A stretch of 64,000 bases of DNA from Alphaproteobacteria bacterium (GCA_050180485.1 JBFXED010000017.1:17879-81878), one strand, 5' to 3'; numbered from the stretch's first letter, positions 27,323 to 37,694 are shown. Numbers and translations are program-made. Notes: a model not told the origin generated them from the sequence alone.

Positions 27323-28366
27323 CTAACGGCTGGGTGCGGGAACGTCGCGCGGCGGCGCGCCCAGGCGGAAGCCCTGGGGCAGCGGATCCTCCGGGTCCAG
27401 GATGAACTGGTGGAAGCCGGTCAGGTAGGCGCGGCCGGCCACGCGCGGGCGGACATAGGTGATGTCGCCGCGTTTTTCCGCCGACACGGGCGTACCCGAG
27501 AAATACGTGCCCAGCACGCCCTCGAACTTGAGGGTCTTTCCCAATGGCAGCTTGCCTTCGGTGTGGAGCAAGGCCACGCGCGCGCTGGTGCCCGTGCCGC
27601 AAGGGCTACGGTCGAGGCCGCCTGGCGGCGCCACGATGGTCTGCTTCACATCGCCCGCCGTCGTCTTCGTCGAGGTATAGAGCGTCTGATAGCAGCGGTT
27701 GATGTCGGGCCTCTGCGGGTGCTGGATCTTCAGCTGCGCGTTCACGGCGGGCATGATCCGGTTGGCCATCGCTGCCAGCGGCGCCTCGTGCGCGGGGCCG
27801 AGCGTGAGGCCGAGTGCATCGGCATCAATGAACGCGTAGAAATCGCCGCCATAGGCCACATCGATCGTCATCTTGCCCACGCCTTCGACCTCGATCGGCA
27901 CGCGATGGTGCAACACGAAGCTTTCCACGTTGACGAAGCTGGCCGCGCCGACCTTGCCGTCCTTCACGTCGACCTCGCACACCACCATGCCGGCCGGTGT
28001 GTCCAGGCGGACCGTCGTCTTGGGCTCGACCACCTTCACCATGCCGGTCGCAACCACCGTGGTGGCCGTGCCGATGATGCAGTGGCCGCACATGGGCACG
28101 TATTCATCCTGCTCCATGATGACGACGGAGAAATCGGCATCCGGCACGCAGGGCGGGATCAAAAGGACCGAACACATCATGCCGTGGCCGCGCGGCTCGA
28201 AGTTGAGCATGCGCCTGAGCCCGTCATCGTACTTCCAAAGCCACTCGCGCTTGTCGAGCAGGGTCTTGCCGGGCGGGATCGGATAGCCGCCCGTGATCAC
28301 GCGGGTCGAATTGCCCTCGGTGTGCGAATCGACCGTCTGGATGGTGCGCCGGAAACTGCTGCTCAT
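27323..28366 (-). CDS. Proline-racemase-family enzyme, Cys/Cys pair (proline racemase or 4-hydroxyproline 2-epimerase)
   Basis: Start MSSSFRR with RBS GGAGAGG. Motifs MCGHCIIG and DRSPCGTGTS. Confidence 0.85.
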   Translation of the reverse strand: MSSSFRRTIQTVDSHTEGNSTRVITGGYPIPPGKTLLDKREWLWKYDDGLRRMLNFEPRGHGMMCSVLLIPPCVPDADFSVVIMEQDEYVPMCGHCIIGTATTVVATGMVKVVEPKTTVRLDTPAGMVVCEVDVKDGKVGAASFVNVESFVLHHRVPIEVEGVGKMTIDVAYGGDFYAFIDADALGLTLGPAHEAPLAAMANRIMPAVNAQLKIQHPQRPDINRCYQTLYTSTKTTAGDVKQTIVAPPGGLDRSPCGTGTSARVALLHTEGKLPLGKTLKFEGVLGTYFSGTPVSAEKRGDITYVRPRVAGRAYLTGFHQFILDPEDPLPQGFRLGAPPRDVPAPSR

Positions 28367-28480
28367 GCCCCTCTCCCCCAAAGGAAAACTCGGCGTGGTG
28401 CGTCCCTCTTAGCTTGTGTAACCTTTCGGCGCGCGTCGATCCAGCGCCAGGGAGAGGCCGCCATCGGCGGAGGGGGAAAC

Positions 28481-29248
28481 GTGGCTAAATCCAAGCAGAA
28501 GTTGAAATCCGTCCTGATCACGGGCTCGGGCAGCGGCATCGGCGCGGCCATCGCGCGGCGCCTCGCGGCACCCGGCGTGGGCATGGTGATTCACGCCTAC
28601 AAGAACCGCAAAGGCTGTGAGCGCGTGGCCGCCGAGGTGCGCAAGAAAGGCGCCCAAGCCGTGGTGAAATTGGCCGACCTGTCGGATCCGAAGGCCGCCA
28701 GCGGTCTGGTCGACGCCACCGTGAAGGAATATGGCGGTCTCGACGTACTGGTCGCCAACGCGGGCTTTCCTGACTTGCGGATATGGGGCGATCTGGACCG
28801 CAAGGGCCTCGACTACTGCTTCAAGGTCATCACGGGCGGGCTATTCGAGATGGCCACCCGCGCCATGCCGCATCTGAAGAAGGCCGGCGCGCGCGGGCGC
28901 GTGGTGACCATCAGCACGCTGAACGCCCATGTCTTCCGTTCGACCTACCCGATCTATCCGGGTTCGGCCGCGGCCAAAGCGGGGTTGGAGGCGTTGACCC
29001 ACACCTTCGCGGTGCAGATGGCGCCCCACAAGGTGACGGTCAATTGCGTGGCGCCCGGCATCATCGAAAAGGACGCCGACACGATCCAGTTCTACACCGA
29101 TGCCCAGTGGGCACCCCTGGTCGCCAACGTGCCGCTGAAGCGCCTGGGCAAGCAGGACGAGGTGGCCGCGATGGTGGCGTTCCTGTGCAGCCCGGACGCG
29201 TCCTACGTCACCAATCAGGTGATCCACGTCAACGGCGGCATTTGCTGA
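28481..29248 (+). CDS. SDR-family oxidoreductase
   Basis: GTG start with RBS GGAGGGGGAAAC. LITGSGSGIGAAIA, NAG, YxxxK (YPGSAAAK). The long ORF 27410..29248 in this frame is an artifact upstream of 28481. Confidence 0.8.
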   Translation: MAKSKQKLKSVLITGSGSGIGAAIARRLAAPGVGMVIHAYKNRKGCERVAAEVRKKGAQAVVKLADLSDPKAASGLVDATVKEYGGLDVLVANAGFPDLRIWGDLDRKGLDYCFKVITGGLFEMATRAMPHLKKAGARGRVVTISTLNAHVFRSTYPIYPGSAAAKAGLEALTHTFAVQMAPHKVTVNCVAPGIIEKDADTIQFYTDAQWAPLVANVPLKRLGKQDEVAAMVAFLCSPDASYVTNQVIHVNGGIC

Positions 29249-29298
29249 ACGAAGTATAAGACGTCCATGGCCGCTCGTCGCACCGGGCTTCGAAGTCG

Positions 29299-30834
29299 AT
29301 GACGCAGGCTGCGGTCCCGGCGCCTCGCGCCTCGCTCCGCGGTATCGCCGTCATGGTGTCGGTGATCCTGGCCGGCACGGTTTACGAGATCAACATCACC
29401 ATCGCCACGGTGGCCCTGCCGCATATGCAGGGCACCTTCGCCGCCACCCACGACCAGATCTCCTGGGTTGTCACCTCGTTCGTGCTGGGCATGACCATGG
29501 TGCTGGCCTGTTCGGGCTGGCTCGCGGACCGCTTCGGCCGCAAGCGCGTGTTCCTGGTCGGCACGATCGGCTTCACGCTGGCGTCCCTTCTGTGCGGCAC
29601 GGCGACGTCGGTGGAGGAAGCCGTTCTGTGGCGCCTTCTGCAAGGCGGCTTCGGCGCGCCCTTGATGCCGATCTCCCAAGCCATGACGCTGGACGCCTTC
29701 CCCAAGGAACAGCACGGCACGGCCAACACGATCTGGGGCATCGCCACCATGATCGGCCCGGCCATGGGACCGACCATCGGCGGCCTCTTGGTCGAACACC
29801 ATTCTTGGCCCTGGACCTTCTATTTCGGCGTTCCATTCGGCGCGGTCGCGGCGCTCGGCGTCTGGTTGCTGGTGCGCGAGGAGCCGCATCGCGCCGACCG
29901 GCCCATGGATTGGCTCGGCTTCGCCACCCTGATCATCGTGGTGGGCATGCTCCAGTTCATCCTGAACCGCGGTGAGCGTCTCGATTGGTTCGAATCGACG
30001 GAAATCATCGTCGCGACGGCCCTGACCGCCGCGTCCCTCTACGTTTTCGTCGTCCACAGCGCGCTGGTCCGGCACCCCTTCCTCGAACCGGCCATGTTTC
30101 GGGACCGCAATTTCGTGATCGGACTTTCCCTCACGTTCGTCTGGGGCTTCGTCCTGCACGGCAACATCGTGCTGGTTTCTCTGATGCTGCAGGAGTTACG
30201 CGGCTTCCCCGTCGTCACGTTGGGGATGGTCATGTCGCCGCGCGGTATCGGCGTCATGGCCGGCATGGTGATCGGCAATTTCCTGCTCAAGCGCATGGAC
30301 CCGCGCCTGATCCTGGCCGGCGGCTTCGGCATGATCGCCACGTCCTCCTGGGCCATGTCTGGCTGGACCAACGATGTCGAGGGAATCGACGTGCTGTGGA
30401 CCGGCTTCCTGCAGGGCACGGGGACCGGCATGGGCTTCATTCCGCTCTTCGCCATGATGTTCGCGACGCTGGACGGACGGCATCGAACCGAGGGCATCAC
30501 GATGTTCAATCTGGTGCTTTTCACGGGCATCAGTTGCGGCATCGCGGTGGCGGTCAGCGTGCTAACCCGCAGTGCCAACATTAATCACGCCACGCTGGTC
30601 GAACATATCTCGCGCTATAACGACCTGCTGAGCCAGCCGCGCGCGGCGGGCGCGTGGGACATGGTCACGCGAGGCGGCCTGGCTTCGATCGAGGCGGAGG
30701 TGACGCGCCAGGCCACGATGATCGGCTACCTCAACAACTTCACCTTCATCGCCATCCTTTCCGCGACGGCGATTCCCTTCGTCTTGCTGTTCCGGCGTCC
30801 CCGCGATGGCGCGACTGCCGCGGGGATGCACTAA
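29299..30834 (+). CDS. MFS transporter, DHA2 (EmrB/QacA, 14-TMS) family, copy 1
   Basis: 511 aa. Signature LPHMQGTF[AS]AT.DQISWVVT, then GWLADRFGRKRVFL. 14 predicted TM segments. Confidence 0.85.
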   Translation: MTQAAVPAPRASLRGIAVMVSVILAGTVYEINITIATVALPHMQGTFAATHDQISWVVTSFVLGMTMVLACSGWLADRFGRKRVFLVGTIGFTLASLLCGTATSVEEAVLWRLLQGGFGAPLMPISQAMTLDAFPKEQHGTANTIWGIATMIGPAMGPTIGGLLVEHHSWPWTFYFGVPFGAVAALGVWLLVREEPHRADRPMDWLGFATLIIVVGMLQFILNRGERLDWFESTEIIVATALTAASLYVFVVHSALVRHPFLEPAMFRDRNFVIGLSLTFVWGFVLHGNIVLVSLMLQELRGFPVVTLGMVMSPRGIGVMAGMVIGNFLLKRMDPRLILAGGFGMIATSSWAMSGWTNDVEGIDVLWTGFLQGTGTGMGFIPLFAMMFATLDGRHRTEGITMFNLVLFTGISCGIAVAVSVLTRSANINHATLVEHISRYNDLLSQPRAAGAWDMVTRGGLASIEAEVTRQATMIGYLNNFTFIAILSATAIPFVLLFRRPRDGATAAGMH

Positions 30835-30836
30835 GC

Positions 30837-32387
30837 ATGAGCCTCGAAGCCATCAAGCTCCGGGGAGCGGCACGCGGAGAATCGTTCCAGCGGACGATGA
30901 TCATGGCCACCTGCATGCTGGCGGCCAGCATCTATTCGATGAACTTGACCATCGTCGCGATTTCCCTGCCCCACATGCAGGGCACGTTCTCGGCCACCCC
31001 CGATCAAATCTCGTGGGTGGTCACGGGCTTCATCCTGGGTCTGACCATGATGATCGCCTGTATCGGCTGGATCGCCGACCAACTTGGGCGCAAGAAAGTC
31101 TACCTGACCTGCATGGTCGCCTTCGTCTTCGCCTCGGTCATGTGCGGCAACGCCCATACGTTGGAAGAAGAGGTGCTGTGGCGGTTCCTGCAGGGCGTGT
31201 CGGGCGCGGGTATCCTGCCCCTGTCCCAATCGATCATCCTGGATGTCTACCCGCGCGAGCAGCACAGTCGCGTGTTGGGCATCTGGGGCTTGGGCAACAT
31301 GGCGGGGCCGATCATCGCGCCGCCCATCGGCGGAATGATCACCGAGGCCTATAGCTGGCACAACGTCTTCGACATCAACATCCCGGCCGGCCTTCTGGCG
31401 CTGCTAGGCGCGGTTCTGTTCGTGCCTTCGACGCCACCGGCGCGGCGCGAGCTGGACATCGTGGGTGTCGTAACACTCGTCAGCGGCTTGGGCCTGATCC
31501 AGCTCATGGTCAATCGGGGCGCGCGGCAGGACTGGTTTGAATCGACCGAGATCATCCTGGAATTGGTCGCGGGTCTGGCGCTGATCTACGTCTTCATCAT
31601 CCATATTCTCACGACGCGAAAGCCGTTCCTGAACCCGGAAATCTTCCGCGACAGGAACTATGCGGTCGGGATCATTCTGATCACCTCGTTCGGCGTCTTC
31701 TCGTTCTTGCCAGTCGTCATGCTGCCGCTGTTCATGCGCAACTTGATGGATTACCCCGTCCAGATCATTGGCATCCTGCTGGTGCCACGCGCGCTCGGCG
31801 TCGTGATCGGCAACCTGACGGTCTCGCGCCTGGTGCGCTTCATAGACCCGCGCCACCTGATCACGCTCGGACTGATCTGCACGATGTATTCCTCGTGGCA
31901 CGTTTCGACCTGGACGCTGGATGTGAGCGTTTGGGAGATCGCGGTCAACGGTGTGTTCCAGGGCCTTGGCAACGGGCTGATCTATGTCACCGTCAATACG
32001 CTGACGTTCTACGATCTGCCGCCCAAGCACCGCTCCCAGGCCGTGCCGCTGTTCTATTTGACCTTCAACATCGCGGCCAGCATCGGTATCGCGGGCTTCA
32101 TCACCTATTGGGTGCAAAGTACCCAGGTAAACCATGCCGTTCTGACGGAGCATATCTCGCCCTTCAACGAACTGCTGCGCGACGGATTCATGCTCCGTGA
32201 TCGGGAACTGCGCGCGGCGCGCGCGGCGGCGTTGAACCAGGAGATCACCCGTCAGGCGTCATTGATCGGCTTCGAAATATCCTTCCAGCTTGTCACCTTC
32301 GTTGCGTTCGCGACGATTCCGTTCGTGTACCTGATGCGCAATCCGTGGGCCAAGAAGCCGCCGGCGCCGAAAGGCGGCACGGGATGA
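30837..32387 (+). CDS. MFS transporter, DHA2 family, copy 2
   Basis: ATG 30837 lies 2 nt after the copy-1 stop. Same LPHMQGTFSATPDQISWVVT signature. Confidence 0.85.
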   Translation: MSLEAIKLRGAARGESFQRTMIMATCMLAASIYSMNLTIVAISLPHMQGTFSATPDQISWVVTGFILGLTMMIACIGWIADQLGRKKVYLTCMVAFVFASVMCGNAHTLEEEVLWRFLQGVSGAGILPLSQSIILDVYPREQHSRVLGIWGLGNMAGPIIAPPIGGMITEAYSWHNVFDINIPAGLLALLGAVLFVPSTPPARRELDIVGVVTLVSGLGLIQLMVNRGARQDWFESTEIILELVAGLALIYVFIIHILTTRKPFLNPEIFRDRNYAVGIILITSFGVFSFLPVVMLPLFMRNLMDYPVQIIGILLVPRALGVVIGNLTVSRLVRFIDPRHLITLGLICTMYSSWHVSTWTLDVSVWEIAVNGVFQGLGNGLIYVTVNTLTFYDLPPKHRSQAVPLFYLTFNIAASIGIAGFITYWVQSTQVNHAVLTEHISPFNELLRDGFMLRDRELRAARAAALNQEITRQASLIGFEISFQLVTFVAFATIPFVYLMRNPWAKKPPAPKGGTG

Positions 32388-33892
32388 CCGCCATCGCCGC
32401 CAGCACCGGGGGCGTCACGCGCCATCGCTCGGCAATCATGATGGTCACCATGATCGCGGCCAGCATCTATTCGCTGAACCTGACCATCGTCTCCATCTCC
32501 CTGCCCCACATGCAGGGCACATTCTCGGCGACGCCCGACCAGATCGCCTGGGTCGTCACGGCTTTCATCGTCGGCATGACGACGATGATCGTCTGCACGG
32601 GCTGGCTCAGCGCGCGCTTCGGCCGCAAGCGACTGTTTACGTTGTCCCTAATCGTTTTCACCTTGGCGTCGCTGATGTGCGGCAATGTCCACACGCTGGA
32701 AGGCGAAGTAATGTGGCGTTTTCTCCAAGGCGTGGCGGGCGCCTCGATCATTCCACTATCCCAGGCCATCGCGGTCAGTGCCTATCCGGCCGACCAGCAG
32801 GGCAGAGCCATCGGCGTCTGGGGTATCGGCAACATGATCGGCCCGATCATCGCGCCGCCCATCGGCGGCTATCTGACCGAACTCTATGGCTGGCCGACCG
32901 TGTTCTACATCAACCTGCCGCTCGGCTTGCTGGCCGTGGTAGGCGCGATCCTGTTCGTGCCCCACAACGAACCGGACCGCAGCCGCCGCTTCGACCTGGT
33001 GGGCTTCGCGGTCCTGGTCACCTCGGTCGTCTCGCTCCAGCTCATGCTCAACCGCGGCACGCGGCTGGATTGGTTCGACGCCACCGAGATCATTGTCGAG
33101 GCCGCGCTGGCCGCTTTGTTCTTCTACATCTTCCTGGTCCATGCCTTCACCGCGCGGAACCCGATCCTGCGGCCGGAAATGTTCAGGGACCGCAACTATG
33201 CGGGCTGCCTCCTGGTCGCCTTCGGCTTTGGCATGCAGGTGTTCCTGCCGACCATCCTGCTGCCGCTGATGCTCAAGAACCTGCGCGGCTATCCGATCGA
33301 GATGATCGGCCTTCTGCTCGCGCCGCGCGCGGTTGGCGTGCTGGCCGGCAACCTTGTCGCGGGCTACCTCACCTCGCGCTTTCAGCCGAAATACCTGGCC
33401 GTCATCGGCTTCACCGGCGTCTCGGCATCGGCCTGGTTCATGTCGCGCTGGACGCTCGATGTCGGCCCATGGGACGTGGCGTGGACCGGGATCATGCAGG
33501 GATTCTTCTCATCCCTCATCTTCGTGCCGGTGGCGTCCCACGCCTTCTCGACCTTGTCCTTGCGCTACCGCGAGGAGGCCATCCCGGTCTTCTATCTGAT
33601 CCTCAATCTGGGTGGCAGCCTGGGCATCGCGGGCATCATCACCTACTGGACCTCCAGCACCCAACTCAACCACGCGGTGCTCGCGGAACATGTTTCGATC
33701 TTCAACCCCATGTACCGGTTCCTGCCGGACGCGTGGAATCCCGAACGGAGTCCCACCGCCGCCGCGCTCGATCTCGAGATCATGCGGCAGGCGTCGATGA
33801 TCGCCTACAACGACTGTTTCACCATGATCATGCTGATCACCCTTCTGTCCGCGCCCGCCGCGCTGTTGATACGGCGCCGCGCGCGGACGTGA
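32384..33892 (+). CDS. MFS transporter, DHA2 family, copy 3
   Basis: ATG overlaps the copy-2 stop (ATGA). Same signature. Confidence 0.85.
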   Translation: MTAIAASTGGVTRHRSAIMMVTMIAASIYSLNLTIVSISLPHMQGTFSATPDQIAWVVTAFIVGMTTMIVCTGWLSARFGRKRLFTLSLIVFTLASLMCGNVHTLEGEVMWRFLQGVAGASIIPLSQAIAVSAYPADQQGRAIGVWGIGNMIGPIIAPPIGGYLTELYGWPTVFYINLPLGLLAVVGAILFVPHNEPDRSRRFDLVGFAVLVTSVVSLQLMLNRGTRLDWFDATEIIVEAALAALFFYIFLVHAFTARNPILRPEMFRDRNYAGCLLVAFGFGMQVFLPTILLPLMLKNLRGYPIEMIGLLLAPRAVGVLAGNLVAGYLTSRFQPKYLAVIGFTGVSASAWFMSRWTLDVGPWDVAWTGIMQGFFSSLIFVPVASHAFSTLSLRYREEAIPVFYLILNLGGSLGIAGIITYWTSSTQLNHAVLAEHVSIFNPMYRFLPDAWNPERSPTAAALDLEIMRQASMIAYNDCFTMIMLITLLSAPAALLIRRRART

Positions 33893-35427
33893 GCGACACG
33901 CTCCACCAAGCGCTCTACGCATCGCCGCTCAAGCGGTGGCTGGTGATCCTGTCGGTGATGATCCCGTCCGCGGTCTATGTCCTGGACCTCACCGTCGTGA
34001 CCGTGGCCCTCCCCCACATGCAGGGCACGTTCTCCGCGACCTACGACCAGATCTCCTGGGTGGTCACCTCCTACATCGTAGGCGGCACCATCGTGACCGG
34101 CTGCTCGGGCTGGGCCAGCACGCGCTTCGGCCGTAAGGAGGTGTTCTTTGTCTCCTGCGCGGCCTTCACCGCAGCCTCGATCTTCTGCGGCATGGCGACG
34201 ACACTCGAATCCGAGGTCGCGTGGCGCGCGCTGCAGGGCTTCTTCGGCGCACCGATCCTGCCGCTCTCGCAAGCCGTGATGCTCGATCTCTACCCGAAGG
34301 AGCGGCACGGCACGGCCAACTCGATCTGGGGCATGGGCATTCTGCTGGGCCCCGTGCTGGGTCCCACCATCGGCGGCTACATGACCGAGGAATACAGCTG
34401 GCCCTGGGCGTTCTACGTCAACGTGCCGTTCATGCTTCCGCCGCTGCTCGGCATCCTTCTGTTCGTGCCGCGCACGGCGCGCAACGCCGGGCACGGTCTC
34501 GACTGGTTCGGCTTCATCGCGCTCTGCGTCGGTATGGGAGCGCTGCAACTTATGCTCAACCGCGGCGAGCGGCAGGATTGGTTCGCCTCGCCCGAGATCA
34601 TCCTCGAGGCCGTGCTGGCCGTGATTGCACTCTACGTGTTCGTCGTCCACATCCTCACCGGGCGCAAACCGTTCGTTCCGCCGGCCATCTTCGCCAATTG
34701 GAACTACAGCCTGGGGCTGTTTTTCGTGATCATCTTCGCCTTCGTGCTGCAATCGCCCATCGTGCTTCTGTCGCTGTTCTTCCAGGATTTGGGCGGCTAT
34801 CCGGTGATGACGGTCGGTCTGTTGCTGACGCCGCGCGGCCTCGGCGCCTTCACCTCGATGTTCCTGGGCGGTCTCCTGATCGCGCGCATGGACCCGCGGC
34901 TCGTGATGGCCGCGGGCTTCGTCGCCTTCGGCTTGTCGGCTTATCTGATCGCGGGCTGGACGACCGAGGTCAGCGCCTGGCAGGTGGCCTGGACGGGCAT
35001 CCTTCAGGGCTTCGGTTCCGGCCTCGTCTGGGTGCCGATGGGCACCTTGGCCGTGGCCACGCTCACTCCGCGCCTGCGCGACGAATCCTTGGCGTTCTTC
35101 CACATGATGTTCAACGTGGGCGCCAGCCTCGGGATCATCACCATGATCAACCTGGCGCTGCGCACCTCGGTGTCGATGCACGCCTCACTGACCGAATACG
35201 TCACGCGCTTCAACCAGGTCTTCAAGGGCGCCGTGTTGCCCAATTTGTGGAGCTTCAGCTCACCCTCGGGCCTGGCGACGCTCAACCTGGAGATCACACG
35301 GCAGTCCGGCATCGTGGGCTACAACAACTGCTTCTATGCCATCGCGGCCATCTCTGTGGCCGCGATTCCGCTGTGTTTCCTGCTGCGCCGCGGCGCCGGC
35401 GGCCAGGGAGTCGGGCACGTCGGCTAG
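33889..35427 (+). CDS. MFS transporter, DHA2 family, copy 4
   Basis: GTG overlaps the copy-3 stop (GTGA). Signature LPHMQGTFSATYDQISWVVT. The ORF-track entry 32677..35427 is an upstream frame extension without function. Confidence 0.8.
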   Translation: MSDTLHQALYASPLKRWLVILSVMIPSAVYVLDLTVVTVALPHMQGTFSATYDQISWVVTSYIVGGTIVTGCSGWASTRFGRKEVFFVSCAAFTAASIFCGMATTLESEVAWRALQGFFGAPILPLSQAVMLDLYPKERHGTANSIWGMGILLGPVLGPTIGGYMTEEYSWPWAFYVNVPFMLPPLLGILLFVPRTARNAGHGLDWFGFIALCVGMGALQLMLNRGERQDWFASPEIILEAVLAVIALYVFVVHILTGRKPFVPPAIFANWNYSLGLFFVIIFAFVLQSPIVLLSLFFQDLGGYPVMTVGLLLTPRGLGAFTSMFLGGLLIARMDPRLVMAAGFVAFGLSAYLIAGWTTEVSAWQVAWTGILQGFGSGLVWVPMGTLAVATLTPRLRDESLAFFHMMFNVGASLGIITMINLALRTSVSMHASLTEYVTRFNQVFKGAVLPNLWSFSSPSGLATLNLEITRQSGIVGYNNCFYAIAAISVAAIPLCFLLRRGAGGQGVGHVG

Positions 35428-35500
35428 TGTTGAGCGGGCCACCCGCCGGCCCTATGATCGGCGCGATTTTCGGCAGCCACCAGCAGCGGGGGAATAGTCC

Positions 35501-36430
35501 GTGGCCCAGCTTTCCAACGAACGCGTCGCCTACATCAACGGCAAGATCGTACCGGAGAGCCAGGCTCTGGTTTCCTTCCGCGATCGCAGCTTCACCTATG
35601 GCGACGCCGTGTTCGACACCACGCGCACCTTCGCCCACAAGATGTTCAAGGTGAAGGAGCATATCGACCGGCTCTACCGCTCGCTGCGCTATGTGCAGAT
35701 CGATCCGGGCATCTCGCCGTCGGAGCTCGCGAAGATCAGCGAGGAGGTTTGCGAGCGCAACCTGCACCTGATCGGCAAGGACGACGATTACTGGGTCACT
35801 CAGCGCATCTCGCGCGGCGTCGACGTGCCGGGCGATGAGTTCACCGCCCACACCGGCCCGACCGTGATCGTGGAATGCCGTCCGCTGCCGTTGAAGGCGC
35901 GCGCCAAGCTGTTCCGCGATGGCATTCGCATCGTGGTGCCCTCCGTACGCCGCGCGCCCGCGCAGTCGTTCAGCCCGCGCGCGAAGAGCCACAACTACCT
36001 GAACCTGATCATGGCCGACCTCGAGGCCCGTTCGCAGGACAAGGAAGCCTGGGCCGTGTTGCTTGACCTCGACGGCAACGTGACCGAGGGCATGGGCAGC
36101 AACTACTTCATGGTCCAGGACGGCCGCCTGATGACGCCACGCGCGAAGAACGTGCTGCCCGGCATCAGCCGTCAGACCGTGATCGACATGGCGGCCAAGC
36201 TGGGTATCCCGTTCGAGGAACGCGACCTCGACCAGTACGACATGTTGACCGCGGACGAGGCGTTCCTGACCTCGACCAGCCTGTGCATTTGCCCGGTCTC
36301 GAGCGTCAACGGCGCGAAGGTGGGCGACGGCAAGGTTCCCGGCCCGATCACCCAGAAGCTCTGCAAGGCTTATTCGGAGTTCGTGAACTTCGACTTCGTG
36401 GCCCAGTATCTCAGGCACCTCAAGGCCTGA
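35501..36430 (+). CDS. PLP fold-type IV aminotransferase (branched-chain / D-amino-acid aminotransferase family)
   Basis: 309 aa; GTG start with RBS GGGGGAATAG. Class IV fold pattern (FDT.R, EGMGSNYFMVQDG, PGISR). Confidence 0.8.
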   Translation: MAQLSNERVAYINGKIVPESQALVSFRDRSFTYGDAVFDTTRTFAHKMFKVKEHIDRLYRSLRYVQIDPGISPSELAKISEEVCERNLHLIGKDDDYWVTQRISRGVDVPGDEFTAHTGPTVIVECRPLPLKARAKLFRDGIRIVVPSVRRAPAQSFSPRAKSHNYLNLIMADLEARSQDKEAWAVLLDLDGNVTEGMGSNYFMVQDGRLMTPRAKNVLPGISRQTVIDMAAKLGIPFEERDLDQYDMLTADEAFLTSTSLCICPVSSVNGAKVGDGKVPGPITQKLCKAYSEFVNFDFVAQYLRHLKA

Positions 36431-36461
36431 GCCGCGCGCGTATCCGACCAAGGAGACTTCC

Positions 36462-37643
36462 GTGAAAGCACGTACCATCGCCCTAGCCGCCGCATTTGCG
36501 CTGGCGGCCATCCTGCCCGTTCAGGCCGCCGACAAGGTCAAAATCGGCTATGTCACCACGCTGTCGAAGGGCCCCGCGGCCATCGGCAAGCAGATGCAGG
36601 ACGCGGTCGAACTGGCCCTCGACCACCTGGGCAAGAAGATGGGCGGCCTGCCGGTCGAGGTCGTCTATGTGGACGACGAGTTCGATCCCGAGGTCGGTAA
36701 ACTGCGCTCCGAGGAACTGGTGAAGAAGGACAAGGTGGACTTCGTCTCCGGCTTCATCTGGTCGAACGTGCTGCTCCAGGCGCGGCAGCCGATCTTCAAG
36801 GCGAACACCTTTCTGATTGGCTCCAACGCGGGCCCGCACGAGCTGGCTGGCAAGGAATGCTCGCCCTGGTTCTTCTCGACCTCGTGGCAGAACGACCAGA
36901 TGCCCGAGGCCATGGGCAAGTACATGACCGATGCCGGCATCAAGCGCGTCTTCGTGCTCTCGCCCAACTATCCGGCCGGCCGCGACATGGTGGCGGGCTT
37001 CAAGCGCTACTTCAAAGGCGAGATCGTCGGCGAGATCCTGACGCCCTGGCCCCAGCACGCCGACTGGTCGGCCGAGTTCGCCAAAATCCGCGCGACCCAA
37101 CCCAAGCCGGACGCGGTCTTCGTCTTCTATCCCGGCGGCGCGGGCGTGAACTTCGTGAAGCAGTATGCGCAATCGGGCCTGAAGGAGACGATCCCGCTCT
37201 ATAACGTCTTCACCACCGACAGCACGACGCTCAAGGCGCAGGGCGATGCCGCGCTTGGCCTGCTCTCGACCATGAGTTGGGGACCCGACCTGCAGAACGA
37301 CGCGAACAAGCGCTTCGTCGCGGATTTCAAGAAGAAGTACGGCTACATCCCGTCCTTCTACGCCGCGCAAGCCTACGATTCGATCATGCTGATCGCGAGC
37401 GCGGTCAAGGCCGTGAACGGCAAGATCGAGGACAAGGAGGCCGTCCGCAAGGCGCTGAAGGCCAGCGATTTCGCCTCCGTGCGCGGGCAGGTGAAGTTCA
37501 ACAACAACCACTTCCCGATCGAGAATTTCTATATCCAGGAAGTGGTGAAGGATGCCGACGGCAACTACGACACAAGGATCAAGGGTACGGTGCTCCTGGC
37601 CCATGCCGATGCGTATGGCGCCAAGGAATGCAAAATGAAGTAG
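36462..37643 (+). CDS. livK: ABC transporter substrate-binding protein, Liv family (first gene of a complete importer operon)
   Basis: GTG start with RBS AAGGAGA. Signal peptide. PBP type I. Followed by two permeases and two ATPases. Confidence 0.85.
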   Translation: MKARTIALAAAFALAAILPVQAADKVKIGYVTTLSKGPAAIGKQMQDAVELALDHLGKKMGGLPVEVVYVDDEFDPEVGKLRSEELVKKDKVDFVSGFIWSNVLLQARQPIFKANTFLIGSNAGPHELAGKECSPWFFSTSWQNDQMPEAMGKYMTDAGIKRVFVLSPNYPAGRDMVAGFKRYFKGEIVGEILTPWPQHADWSAEFAKIRATQPKPDAVFVFYPGGAGVNFVKQYAQSGLKETIPLYNVFTTDSTTLKAQGDAALGLLSTMSWGPDLQNDANKRFVADFKKKYGYIPSFYAAQAYDSIMLIASAVKAVNGKIEDKEAVRKALKASDFASVRGQVKFNNNHFPIENFYIQEVVKDADGNYDTRIKGTVLLAHADAYGAKECKMK

Positions 37644-37662
37644 CCGCCAGGCTGGGAGAGAC

Positions 37663-37694
37663 GGGGGCGGGCCACACCCCGCCCCTGTTTTCGT
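37663..37694 (+). terminator. Hairpin GGGGGCGGG-ccacac-CCCGCCCC + TGTTTTCGTTT after livK (attenuating or partial terminator)
   Basis: Read directly from sequence. Confidence 0.5.

Noticed and set aside
27410-29248. 612-aa ORF extending the SDR gene upstream
   Set aside because: The upstream 1 kb is antisense to the ProR gene. The SDR Rossmann motif begins right after GTG 28481, which has a good RBS.
32677-35427. 916-aa single ORF suggesting a fused giant MFS protein
   Set aside because: Only the part from GTG 33889 is in the MFS4 frame with MFS motifs. The upstream 1.2 kb is an open alternative frame overlapping MFS3 (which is in another frame and has its own stop at 33890-33892).
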